Positions 17,606 through 26,467 of a DNA stretch of 32,000 bases are shown piece after piece. Location: assembly GCF_049243625.1 (NCBI RefSeq), contig NZ_CP046975.1; one strand, 5' to 3'. The translations under genes and the position numbers were made by a program. Position 1 is the first letter of the stretch, and the number at the start of each line of letters is the position of its first letter. Under the pieces are notes generated by a model that was not told where the DNA came from, searched no databases, and was given only the letters and a program-made list of their open reading frames with translations. The stretch is from Corynebacterium amycolatum. Its GTDB lineage: Bacteria > Actinomycetota > Actinomycetes > Mycobacteriales > Mycobacteriaceae.

Positions 17606-17672
17606 GTCTTCATCAAAAAGAGCACGCAATGCCGCACAGAGCTGTGTATTGGTAAGTAATTGCTCACATGAG

Positions 17673-17707
17673 CCCGTCTTCTCTTAGAAGGGAAGGCGGG
17701 TTCGTCG
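17673..17707 (+). terminator. candidate terminator after hpf
   Basis: CCCGTCTTC (17673-17681) pairs with GAAGGCGGG (17692-17700), giving 9 bp with one G-U pair and a 10-nt loop. It is followed by TTCGTCG, which is a weak U-tract. Confidence 0.4.
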
Positions 17708-17713
17708 TATAAT
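17684..17713 (+). promoter_or_regulatory. candidate secA promoter (TTAGAA-N18-TATAAT)
   Basis: A perfect TATAAT sits at 17708-17713, with TTAGAA at 17684-17689 and an 18-nt spacer. It lies about 50 nt upstream of the secA GTG. The -35 box lies in the loop of the hpf terminator hairpin. Confidence 0.45.
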
Positions 17714-17766
17714 CAACCGTTGCACATTAAAGTTCGACGTGAATCGGCCGGAAAGGTCCCAATTTA

Positions 17767-20469
17767 GTGTTTTCGCTCAGCAAGTTGCTCCGCATTGGTG
17801 AAGGCCGCGCTGTCAAGAGGCTTGGCAATATTGCAGATCAGGTCATCGCCAAGGAAGACGAGTACGCAGCTCTTTCAGACGATGAACTCCGCGCCAAGAC
17901 CGAGGAGTTTAAGAAGCAGCTGGCTGACGGTGCCGATGTAGACGATCTGCTGCTGGATGCTTTCGCCACGGCGCGTGAGGCATCCTGGCGCGTGCTGGGT
18001 CAGAAGCACTACCGCGTCCAGGTTATGGGCGGTGCGGCACTGCACTTCGGCAACGTTGCCGAAATGGGTACTGGTGAAGGTAAGACCCTGACCTGTGTGT
18101 TGCCCGCATACCTCAATGCGTTGGCAGGCAAGGGCGTTCATGTCGTTACGGTTAATGACTACCTGGCTAAGCGTGACGCGGAGTGGATGGGTCGAGTCCA
18201 CCGCTTCCTGGGGCTTGAGACCTCGGTGATTCTCTCTGAGCTCAGCCCGGACCAGCGCCGCAAGGCCTATGCTGCCGACATCACCTACGGCACGAACAAT
18301 GAGTTCGGCTTTGACTACCTGCGCGACAATATGGCGCATTCGCTCGACGATTTGGTGCAGCGTGGGCACCACTTCGCCATCGTCGATGAGGTTGACTCGA
18401 TTCTGATTGACGAGGCCCGTACCCCGTTAATTATTTCCGGTCCGGCGGATGGCGATCCGCACTGGTACCTGGCGTTCTCCAAGATTGTGCCGCGTATGAA
18501 GCGCGACATTCACTACGAAGTCGATGAGCGTAAGCGCACCATCGGTATTCGTGAAGAGGGTGTTGAATTCGTTGAGGATCAGCTGGGTATTTCAAACCTG
18601 TATGCTCCGGAAAATTCCTCGCTGGTCAGCTACCTGAACAATGCCCTGAAGGCCAAGGAGCTGTTCACCCGCGACAAGGATTACATTATCCGTAATGGTG
18701 AGATTCTCATTGTCGATGAGTTCACCGGTCGTGTGCTGGCAGGCCGTCGCTATAACGAGGGTATGCACCAGGCAATTGAGGCCAAGGAAGGGGTGGAGAT
18801 TAAAAACGAGAACCAGACGCTGGCAACCGTCACGCTCCAGAACTACTTCCGCCTCTACGACAAGCTGTCCGGTATGACCGGTACGGCTGAGACTGAAGCG
18901 GCTGAGCTGCACCAGATTTACAAGCTGAACGTCATGGCGATCCCGCCGAATCGCCCGAAGCAGCGCGAGGATCTGCCCGACCTGATTTACAAGACGCAGG
19001 AGGCAAAGTTCGCCGCTGTTGTCGAGGACATCCGCGAATGCCATGAAAAGGGCCAGCCAGTTCTCGTTGGTACGACATCAGTCGAGAAATCCGAGTACCT
19101 TTCCAAGCTCCTGCAGCGCGAAGGTATTCCTCATTCTGTGCTGAATGCAAAGCACCACGAGAAGGAAGCTGAGATTGTTGCGGTGGCGGGTCGTCTCGGA
19201 GGCGTTACCGTGGCAACTAACATGGCCGGTCGTGGTACTGACATCGTGCTGGGCGGTAACCCGGACATCATCGCTGACCTGAATCTGCGCTCTCGTGGTC
19301 TGGACCCGGTGGAAACTCCGGAAGAGTACGAAGAGGCGTGGGACGCTGAGATTGAGCGCGTTCGTCAGCAGTCGAAGGAAGAAGCTGACAAGGTACGTGA
19401 GGCCGGTGGACTCTACGTCCTGGGCACTGAGCGCCATGAGTCGCGCCGCATTGACAACCAGTTGCGTGGTCGTACCGGTCGTCAGGGTGACCCGGGTGTT
19501 ACCCGCTTCTACCTGTCCATGCGCGATGATCTCATGGTTCGCTTCAACGGCCAGCGCATGGAAGCGCTGATGAACACTCTGAATGTCCCGGATGACGTTC
19601 CTATTGACTCCAAGGTTGTCTCCAACTCCATTAAGAGCGTTCAGGCTCAGGTGGAAAGCCAGAACTTCGAAATCCGTAAGAATGTTCTGAAGTATGACGA
19701 GGTTATGAACCAGCAGCGTAAGGTCATCTACGCTGAGCGCCGTCGCATCCTCGAAGGTGAGGATTTGAAGACTCAGGTTCGCGACATGCAGGACGATGTC
19801 GTCGACGCGTATGTCAACGGTGCCACCGCTGACGGTTACGTGGAGGATTGGGACCTCGACGAGCTGTGGAATGCCCTTGAGCAGCTCTACAGCCCGACGT
19901 TTACGGCGCAGGAGCTCATCGATGGCTCTGACTTCGGTACCCCGGGTGACCTCTCGGCCGATGAGCTGTCCAAGGCTCTGCACACGGATATCTCCGCCAG
20001 CTACGACCAGCTTGAGGATGCGGTTTCCGCAATTGGTGGCGACGACCAGATGCGCAACATTGAGCGCTTCACCATCCTGAACGTCATGGACCAGAAGTGG
20101 CGCGAGCACCTCTACGAGATGGACTACCTCAAGGAGGGCATTGGCTTGCGCGCCATGGCCCAGGCTGACCCGCTGGTGGAGTACCAGCGTGAGGGCTACG
20201 ACATGTTCACCGCGATGATGGACGGCATCAAGGAAGAATCGGTTCGTCAGCTGTTCCTAATCCGTAAGCAGGTTATGCCCGCAGTGGAAAACACTGAGGG
20301 GCAGGAAAACCAGGCTCCGGCTCTGCCAACGGAAGCTGCTGAGAAAAATCAGCAGATGACCTACTCCGGCCCCAGCGAGGACGGCAGTGCAGAGCAGCAG
20401 CGCATGGATCAAGAGCGTGAGGGCAACCGGGCGCAGCGTCGGAAGGCGGCTCGCAAGCGCCGTCGCTAA
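17767..20469 (+). CDS. secA: preprotein translocase ATPase SecA (SecA1 type)
   Basis: 900 aa. Walker [14 protein letters not shown]-like box [19 protein letters not shown], and [12 protein letters not shown] basic C-terminal tail is present, with no Zn-finger motif. Confidence 0.95.
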   Translation: MFSLSKLLRIGEGRAVKRLGNIADQVIAKEDEYAALSDDELRAKTEEFKKQLADGADVDDLLLDAFATAREASWRVLGQKHYRVQVMGGAALHFGNVAEMGTGEGKTLTCVLPAYLNALAGKGVHVVTVNDYLAKRDAEWMGRVHRFLGLETSVILSELSPDQRRKAYAADITYGTNNEFGFDYLRDNMAHSLDDLVQRGHHFAIVDEVDSILIDEARTPLIISGPADGDPHWYLAFSKIVPRMKRDIHYEVDERKRTIGIREEGVEFVEDQLGISNLYAPENSSLVSYLNNALKAKELFTRDKDYIIRNGEILIVDEFTGRVLAGRRYNEGMHQAIEAKEGVEIKNENQTLATVTLQNYFRLYDKLSGMTGTAETEAAELHQIYKLNVMAIPPNRPKQREDLPDLIYKTQEAKFAAVVEDIRECHEKGQPVLVGTTSVEKSEYLSKLLQREGIPHSVLNAKHHEKEAEIVAVAGRLGGVTVATNMAGRGTDIVLGGNPDIIADLNLRSRGLDPVETPEEYEEAWDAEIERVRQQSKEEADKVREAGGLYVLGTERHESRRIDNQLRGRTGRQGDPGVTRFYLSMRDDLMVRFNGQRMEALMNTLNVPDDVPIDSKVVSNSIKSVQAQVESQNFEIRKNVLKYDEVMNQQRKVIYAERRRILEGEDLKTQVRDMQDDVVDAYVNGATADGYVEDWDLDELWNALEQLYSPTFTAQELIDGSDFGTPGDLSADELSKALHTDISASYDQLEDAVSAIGGDDQMRNIERFTILNVMDQKWREHLYEMDYLKEGIGLRAMAQADPLVEYQREGYDMFTAMMDGIKEESVRQLFLIRKQVMPAVENTEGQENQAPALPTEAAEKNQQMTYSGPSEDGSAEQQRMDQEREGNRAQRRKAARKRRR

Positions 20470-20472
20470 GCA

Positions 20473-21096
20473 CTAAAGCACACGAAACGCGGTCATAATC
20501 CATGGCCGCGTTTTTGCTGTTCCGCGGCGGAACGTGCCCGTGAACGCGCGAACGCGCGGACCGACACGGCAACTACCCAGGAATTCGACCTTTTTGCCGT
20601 CCGCTGAAGCGCTGGCGTGGAAGGATTGCAACGCGACACCTTTGAGGCTGGTGTTTTTCGACAGCGTGAGTATCGCAGCGTGAATAATCGGGTCGATGTT
20701 GATACGACGCAAATCGTTGACTCGCCGGCGACCCGCGATAATGTCGAAGACGCGGCGAGTAATCGTGCCAAGCTCCTGTCTCAGATTCTGCTCACAGTGC
20801 TGGACGACGTGCGGTGTTTGCGGCGTCTTTTTTGCCGCAGGAGTGGCCACGGCGGGCGGTAATGCCGTCATGACAGCGGTCCCGGAAGCAACGGAACATC
20901 CGCTATAGGTCGGTGCCACTTTTGCGGTTGGAGAAGTGGCGGCATTAGCTGACTGGCCAAGTTGAATTGTGTGGAGAAGCGAAAAGCCCGTTGCTGGTTC
21001 GATGAATTCCCTGTCACTGGATCGGTTCTCAGCGGCGTGCGACAGCGCGTAAGGCATCGGCGCCTGCGATGTTGGTACGTGAGACGTAGGTGCCAT
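20473..21096 (-). CDS. Rv3235-family (DUF6459-like) protein
   Basis: The core VFDIIAGRRRVNDLRR ... VALQSFHAS ... VEFLGSCRVGPRVRAFTGTFRR ... PWIMTAFRVL matches my memory of the Rv3235-family pattern (L.G.RP..QL.R ... V.....GRVRA.A.R.E ... W.CTAL.). It lies just downstream of secA, as in other actinobacteria. The N-terminal boundary is uncertain. Confidence 0.6.
   Translation of the reverse strand: MAPTSHVPTSQAPMPYALSHAAENRSSDREFIEPATGFSLLHTIQLGQSANAATSPTAKVAPTYSGCSVASGTAVMTALPPAVATPAAKKTPQTPHVVQHCEQNLRQELGTITRRVFDIIAGRRRVNDLRRINIDPIIHAAILTLSKNTSLKGVALQSFHASASADGKKVEFLGSCRVGPRVRAFTGTFRRGTAKTRPWIMTAFRVL
20485..20520. terminator. intrinsic terminator for secA, lying inside the 3' end of the convergent gene
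   Basis: AAACGCGGTCA (20485-20495) pairs with TGGCCGCGTTT (20503-20513), giving an 11-bp stem with one G-U pair and a 7-nt loop. TTTTTGCTGTT follows. It starts 16 nt after the secA stop, and an A-run on the left makes it potentially bidirectional. Confidence 0.6.
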
Positions 21097-21381
21097 GGAT
21101 TAATCCCCCTAAAAACTCTCCATTGGCAAGTTCCCCCCTTGCTGAAGACCATTGTCCTACAAGTGCTTTAAGTGTGCAGCTTGTGAAGGGGAATTCACGG
21201 CTGGCATGGGGGTGGGGAGAAGATGCAGCCGCGAAGTGGGCTGAGTGTCTCGCTGTTAATAGCCCTATAGGTTTCCGTCAAAGCCGTTCTGGTCGTCTAT
21301 AAATTGGCGTAACGAACAGCCAATTAACACGCTGAACTGGAAAAAAGGCAAACGTGCAGGTCATGCGATAAACTACAGGCC

Positions 21382-21792
21382 ATGCGCGGAATGATTATCG
21401 ATTACTGTGGTGTCCTCGACGGTACGGATGAAGACCAGGCACGTTGGCGTAATTTGCTGGTAGAGGCGCGTGCAAATGGTGTTGGCCTGGCAGTCCTGTC
21501 GAATGACCCAGGTGGCCCATCAGCGGATCCGATTCGCAAGCTCGAAGATGAGGGCCTGGTAGACGCAGTTGTGCTCTCTGGTGAAATTGGCCATGAGAAG
21601 CCTTCGGCAGAGGCTTTTAATGCAGCTGCTGCGGCTATTGAACTGCCGGCACGGGACTGTGTGTTGGTGGATGATTCGATTGAGAACATCCATGCTGCCG
21701 TCTCTAACGGCATGGTGGGAGTCTTCTATCAGCAGTTCGACCGCGCAGTGGTCGAGATTGCCGGTCTACTGGGGCTCGAGGGCGAGTTCTAA
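21382..21792 (+). CDS. small HAD-superfamily hydrolase-like protein without a cap domain
   Basis: Motif I IIDYCGVL (D-x-C instead of D-x-D), motif II VLSN, motif III GHEKPSAEAF, motif IV VLVDDSIENIHAA. The protein is only 136 aa, with about 28 residues between motifs I and II. Confidence 0.7.
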   Translation: MRGMIIDYCGVLDGTDEDQARWRNLLVEARANGVGLAVLSNDPGGPSADPIRKLEDEGLVDAVVLSGEIGHEKPSAEAFNAAAAAIELPARDCVLVDDSIENIHAAVSNGMVGVFYQQFDRAVVEIAGLLGLEGEF

Positions 21793-22283
21793 TGCGTGTC
21801 TATATCCCAGCGACTTTCTCCATGCTTGAGGCGCTGAAGGAGGATGAGCTCTTCCACGCCCGCGGTGGTTGGGGCTTTGCTGTCACTGAGGCGCTGCGCG
21901 ATTTCTTTACTGAGGGCGATGATGAGGAACTGGCAGATGTGGCCTTTGATGAGGCTGCGCGTGCGTCGCTCCGTCTGCTCGATGCTGCAGAAGAGAAGTT
22001 CCCGCACCGCCGAGTAGTCATTTCCGTCGATGTGGAGGCGGAACCGCAGTCGGATATGGGCGATGCTGTGGTTAAGGTCGGCGGCCCAATTTCGCTTGCC
22101 GACGTTGCAGCGCTCCACATTGATGTGGAAGAGGCGGAAAGCAAGGTTGAGGCTGCAATTGAAGCCGTCGATAAGGCAGATCTCGGTGACGAGGATGCGG
22201 AGCTCACTGTCGGCGATGCGCTGGAGATTCCGCTGGCGTGGTATGACGTAGCTGAGCTCGGCATGGTGGTCGACTTCCTGTAG
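21792..22283 (+). CDS. conserved acidic actinobacterial protein of unknown function
   Basis: 163 aa, starting MRVYIPATFSMLEALKEDE and very Asp/Glu-rich. Its ATG overlaps the HAD stop (TAATG at 21790-21794). A strong terminator follows. I believe relatives are labelled DUF6912, but that name is from memory only. Confidence 0.6.
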   Translation: MRVYIPATFSMLEALKEDELFHARGGWGFAVTEALRDFFTEGDDEELADVAFDEAARASLRLLDAAEEKFPHRRVVISVDVEAEPQSDMGDAVVKVGGPISLADVAALHIDVEEAESKVEAAIEAVDKADLGDEDAELTVGDALEIPLAWYDVAELGMVVDFL

Positions 22284-22308
22284 TAGCGCGTGCTTGGTGT
22301 TGAAGAAG

Positions 22309-22339
22309 GGGACTGGGTTTGGAACCCAGTCCCTTTTTG
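22309..22339 (+). terminator. intrinsic terminator after the HAD/acidic-protein pair
   Basis: GGGACTGGGTT (22309-22319), loop TGG, AACCCAGTCCC (22323-22333), then TTTTTGT. The stem is a perfect 11 bp. Confidence 0.8.
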
Positions 22340-22477
22340 TATGGCACAAGTTTTTTCTGCGGGGGTATATAAGGCGGGATTGTTTTGTGTGGATAAGCTC
22401 CATGTCAAAGGGGGCGCTTCGCAGGAAAGCGGGGGTAATGACAATTTCGCTATTTGTGTCAAAATCATTTGCTTCTC

Positions 22478-22506
22478 TTGACCAATAACTTACCACTCCG
22501 TAGTCT
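22478..22506 (+). promoter_or_regulatory. candidate promoter of the reductase-desaturase operon (TTGACC-N17-TAGTCT)
   Basis: TTGACC at 22478-22483, a 17-nt spacer, then TAGTCT at 22501-22506. The -10 box is embedded in the palindrome CGTAG-T-CTACG (22499-22509). Confidence 0.4.
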
Positions 22507-22610
22507 ACGTCTAAGTAACCTACGGGCACGTAATAATGGATTGGGCGGGGATTGCCCGCTGATGAACAGTGTTATTACTTGTTCTCCCGTGACAGTCAGG
22601 AGGGTCAAGA

Positions 22611-23675
22611 ATGGGACTTAAGACCAAAGTTTCCCGGGTATTCAAGCATTTATCCACGCCACTTTTGCCCGATGACTACACGCAGTTGCTAAATCCGCTG
22701 TGGTCAAGTCGCGAGCTGCGCGGTCAGATTGAGGCCATTAATCCCACATCTCCTACTTCAGCAGAGTTGATAATCCGTCCGGGTTGGGGGATGCCAACAG
22801 ACTTCAAGTCAGGTCAGTTCATTGGACTCGGCGTAGAGGTCAAGGGGAAATACCTGTGGCGTTCCTACTCACTGACAAATGCACCGCGGCCTCATGATGG
22901 GCTGCTGACTATCAACATTCGTGCACTCAACGACGGCTACGTGTCCCAACATCTCGTCGCCAATGTAAAACCGGGTACTGTCGTCCGCCTGGCTGCCCCG
23001 GCTGGGGATTTCCATCTTCCGGAGCCACTCCCAGCCCGTATTGCGTTTGTTACCGCAGGCTCCGGCGTAACTCCTGTGATTTCCATGCTGCGTGATCTTT
23101 CAGCTCGCAATGCATCAGTGGAAGTCGAACACATTCACTCCTACCGCGGCGAGGCAGAAGCTGTGTTTGTCAACGAACTCCGGGAGCTGGAACAGCGCAG
23201 CGCTATTAGCGCGTTGAAGTATCGCCTGCATGCCTGGAATACGGAGACGCAGCCGCGGATTGACGCTGCTGCGGTTACCGACATCATTGCTGACTTTGGA
23301 GCGCTGGCATCGTCGGCAAGCGCCTATGCTTGTGGTCCGGTTGAACTGCTGAAAAGCCTTGAGTCGGAGTTCCCCGAGCTGCGGACGGAACGTTTCACCG
23401 TTGACCGCTCGGCGGCGGAGGAGGCCGGTGGCACGGTGAGTTTCGGCAGCCGAGGAGATGTCGACGTAGACGGTGCAACCACCATCCTGGAGGCGGCCGA
23501 GCGCGTCGGGGTCGACCTGCCGTACGGCTGTCGGATGGGAATTTGTGCGACCTGCGTGCAGCAACTCTCCGACGGCGCAGCGCGGGACATCCGCACCGGT
23601 GCGACGTTTGTGGCGGGCGAGCGGGTCCGAACGTGCGTCTGTGCGCCGGCGGGGCACGCGCGTATCGAACTGTAA
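22611..23675 (+). CDS. ferredoxin reductase-type oxidoreductase (FAD/NAD(P) domain fused to a 2Fe-2S ferredoxin), Rv3230c-like
   Basis: FAD motif RSYSLT, NAD-binding motif VTAGSGVTP, and a C-terminal plant-type cluster motif CRMGICATC ... C. AGGAGG precedes the ATG. Confidence 0.85.
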   Translation: MGLKTKVSRVFKHLSTPLLPDDYTQLLNPLWSSRELRGQIEAINPTSPTSAELIIRPGWGMPTDFKSGQFIGLGVEVKGKYLWRSYSLTNAPRPHDGLLTINIRALNDGYVSQHLVANVKPGTVVRLAAPAGDFHLPEPLPARIAFVTAGSGVTPVISMLRDLSARNASVEVEHIHSYRGEAEAVFVNELRELEQRSAISALKYRLHAWNTETQPRIDAAAVTDIIADFGALASSASAYACGPVELLKSLESEFPELRTERFTVDRSAAEEAGGTVSFGSRGDVDVDGATTILEAAERVGVDLPYGCRMGICATCVQQLSDGAARDIRTGATFVAGERVRTCVCAPAGHARIEL

Positions 23676-23744
23676 GTTCGCCCCACATCTATCTCAACCT
23701 GCATTAACCAGGAGAAACTACCTAAAGGAGTTGGGACCCTTCCC

Positions 23745-25085
23745 ATGGCAATTTCCGATATCGCATCGTATGCGCACTTGAGCGAAGAAGACGTCGCAGA
23801 GATTGGGCGTCGGTTTGCGGAAATCGAAAAGCAACACCGCGATTCGCTGGGGCAGAAGGATGCTCGCTACATCCGCACGCTCATCCGCATTCAACGCACC
23901 CTTGAGGTGACTGGTCGAGGTCTGCTGATGGTACCGACCGCAGGCATGGCCCTGAACAAATTGGGGCTGCTGCCGAGGTCGTGGAAGAACACCGCACACT
24001 GGGGTTTCAAATGGGCGGGCATCTCAGCGCTGGGGCTGGCAAAGATTTTGGAAAACCTCGAAATCGGCCACAACACCATGCACGGTCAGTGGGACTGGAT
24101 GAATGACCCCGAGATTCACTCGGCCACCTGGGAGTGGGACAATTCCTGCCCATCGAGCGGGTGGAAGCACTCCCACAACTTTGTCCACCACAAGTACACC
24201 AACGTGTTAGGTATGGACAACGATGTGGGATACGGCATTCTCCGGGTGACTCGTGACCGCCGTTGGAAGCCATCGACGCTGTTGCAGCCGGTGACAAACG
24301 TGGTCTTGGCCAGCCTTTTTCAATGGGCAGTGGCTTTCTACGACGTTGAGCTCGGGCGTGTGTTTGCAGGCAAGAAATCCTGGGATGAGGCCCGGCCGCA
24401 GCTCATGGAGGTTCTCAACAAGTCGGGGCGCCAGGTGATCAAGGACTACGTTCTCTTCCCGGCGATGGCGGGTCCGCGTTACCGCGAAGTGGCATTTGCG
24501 AATATGATGGCCAACCTCGCCCGTAATCTGTGGGCCTACGCTGTCATCTTCTGCGGACACTTCCCGGATGATGCCGAGACTTTCACCAAGGAGCAGTACA
24601 ACACCGAGGACAAGAGTGAGTGGTATTTGCGCCAAATGCTGGGCTCGGCGAACTTCCACGGTGGGCTGGCGTTGTCGGTGCTCTCGGGAAATCTGAATTA
24701 CCAGATTGAGCACCACCTCTTCCCAGACATGCCATCCAACAGGCTCGCGCAGATTTCGAAGCAGGTTCAGCAGATTTGCCGAGAATACGACCTGCCATAC
24801 AACACGGGGTCGTTCCCGAAGCAGTTCTTCCAGGTCCAGCGCACACTACTAAAGTTGTCGCTGCCGGATCGCTTCTTAGTCGCTGACCCGGACAACGCCC
24901 CAGAGGTGCGTTCGGAGGCGGCGTTCAAGAAGTATCCGCAGGTTGAAGCGGAGCTCCAGTCCAGTTCCCCGCAACGCAAGGGCTTAGCGACGGGCCTGCG
25001 AATGCTCCGCCGTCTTCGCCCAGGCGTCCGGGAAATTGTCCGAGCCTATACAGGTCGCTCAACGCACACTGCTGGGCGCGGTTAG
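23745..25085 (+). CDS. desA3: membrane acyl-CoA/acyl-lipid desaturase, DesA3-like
   Basis: Three His boxes are present: HNTMHGQWD, HSHNFVHHKYTN, QIEHHLFP. It is paired with the reductase as in Rv3230c-Rv3229c. The protein is 446 aa. Confidence 0.85.
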   Translation: MAISDIASYAHLSEEDVAEIGRRFAEIEKQHRDSLGQKDARYIRTLIRIQRTLEVTGRGLLMVPTAGMALNKLGLLPRSWKNTAHWGFKWAGISALGLAKILENLEIGHNTMHGQWDWMNDPEIHSATWEWDNSCPSSGWKHSHNFVHHKYTNVLGMDNDVGYGILRVTRDRRWKPSTLLQPVTNVVLASLFQWAVAFYDVELGRVFAGKKSWDEARPQLMEVLNKSGRQVIKDYVLFPAMAGPRYREVAFANMMANLARNLWAYAVIFCGHFPDDAETFTKEQYNTEDKSEWYLRQMLGSANFHGGLALSVLSGNLNYQIEHHLFPDMPSNRLAQISKQVQQICREYDLPYNTGSFPKQFFQVQRTLLKLSLPDRFLVADPDNAPEVRSEAAFKKYPQVEAELQSSSPQRKGLATGLRMLRRLRPGVREIVRAYTGRSTHTAGRG

Positions 25086-26467
25086 CCCTCGACCCGCTTG
25101 CGGACTGCAGCTGCGGCTGCCGGTTCGCGGTTCCATGGCATTGATTGTTTGTGGGGGAGCCGTAGCCAGGCGCGAATTATGGTCACAGTTAGTGTCGCAG
25201 TTGCACCAGCGAGGAAGAGCGCTAAGTAAGCCGAGGAATTCTGGCCGGTAAACTCCACGGTCACGATCAGTGCGAAAAGTGGAGCTGCCATGGACGCCGA
25301 CAGGAAGGCCGCCGCGCCGAGAATTGCAAAGTCGCTCAGCGGAATTGAGGGCATCAATGGTTGTACGAAGCAGCCGATGATGAAACCGCTGAGCGCGCCA
25401 AGGGCAAAGCCGGGAGTTAACAGACCACCGACGGCACCCGAACGAAAAGTAACTAGAACCGCGACAGTTTTCGCGATCAGCAGCATGACCGCAAACCCCA
25501 GCAGTGGGCGATCCATGAGAACTGTGGTCGCAGCGATGCGGCCGTTGCCCAATACTTCTGGAATCCATAGCGAGATCACACCAACTAGCGTGAACGCGAG
25601 GGGGATGGCCCAGGCAGAATGCCAGCCAGTCGGTGCCTTGTCTAACACCCGCGAGCTGAGAATGCGAAATGCGTAGCCAATGGCGCCGCAGATAACGCCG
25701 AGGAGCAGTGCCGCACCGAGGTTGCCCCAGCCGTCTGAGAGATTGATTGGGCTGTAGAGCGGGCTACTGCCGACCACGATGCCCGACGTCACCGTGGCAA
25801 TGGCTGAACACGCCAGTACCACCATCACCGCGGTAATGCTCAGTGAGCCCAGCAGAATCTCCAACGAGAAAACCGCTCCGGCCAGCGGGATGTGATAAAT
25901 CGCCCCCAGGCCGGAACCGGCCGCTGCTGCGACCAGAATACGGCGGTGTAGCGGATCGATGCGTAGTCGATGCGACATCTGCGAGGCCACCATTGCACCT
26001 AGCTCACGCGGGGCATTCTCGCGTCCCATGGATGCACCTGCGGCTACGGTCGCCATCTGTAAAAACACATTGACAAGAGTCGACCACACAGGCATGAGAC
26101 GGCCGTGCATGCCCGCCTCAACGCTTTCAATGGGCTTCGCCTTTGTGCGCAAAGCAGCCCACATTGGTCCTGCAATCAGCCCCGCCAACACGATCCCGAC
26201 AAAGCGCTGTAGGCCGGTGGTGCCATCGGTCACGACCGCTACGTCACCCTCGTGCTGCCCGTAGACCGCGTACTCGATTCCGTGCATAATCAGCGCGAGC
26301 CCGGCTGCTCCGAGCCCCGTCGCAAGACCCACGATAAGTGTGTAGATGCACAGTCGAATCCAGCTGCCGGGAGCGGGGTAGAGACCGGAGTCCTCTTTGT
26401 TCGACTCAGCACTTGCCGAGGCTTCAGAGGACGACTCCGCAGAATTGGTGTGGCTAGTCTCTTTCAA
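25082..26467 (-). CDS. ClC-family chloride channel/antiporter-like protein
   Basis: Multi-pass membrane protein with ClC-like motifs GASMGRENAPRELG (compare GREGP), GSGLGAIYHIPLAGAVFSLE and GGLLTPGFALGA. The only in-frame start is TTG 26465-26467, which follows GGGAG by 7 nt and lies inside the rsgA 3' end. Confidence 0.8.
   Translation of the reverse strand: MKETSHTNSAESSSEASASAESNKEDSGLYPAPGSWIRLCIYTLIVGLATGLGAAGLALIMHGIEYAVYGQHEGDVAVVTDGTTGLQRFVGIVLAGLIAGPMWAALRTKAKPIESVEAGMHGRLMPVWSTLVNVFLQMATVAAGASMGRENAPRELGAMVASQMSHRLRIDPLHRRILVAAAAGSGLGAIYHIPLAGAVFSLEILLGSLSITAVMVVLACSAIATVTSGIVVGSSPLYSPINLSDGWGNLGAALLLGVICGAIGYAFRILSSRVLDKAPTGWHSAWAIPLAFTLVGVISLWIPEVLGNGRIAATTVLMDRPLLGFAVMLLIAKTVAVLVTFRSGAVGGLLTPGFALGALSGFIIGCFVQPLMPSIPLSDFAILGAAAFLSASMAAPLFALIVTVEFTGQNSSAYLALFLAGATATLTVTIIRAWLRLPHKQSMPWNREPAAAAAVRKRVEG

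Noticed and set aside
16838-17629. 263-aa minus-strand ORF covering hpf
   Set aside because: Antisense shadow ORF. The hpf frame has clear family motifs and an SD.
19078-20109. 343-aa minus-strand ORF inside secA
   Set aside because: Antisense shadow ORF of secA, with no motifs and no SD or start context.
21789-22529. 246-aa minus-strand ORF across the acidic-protein gene and into the intergenic region
   Set aside because: It is antisense to a coding-looking gene and would have to read through the strong terminator hairpin at 22309-22339. It has no motifs.
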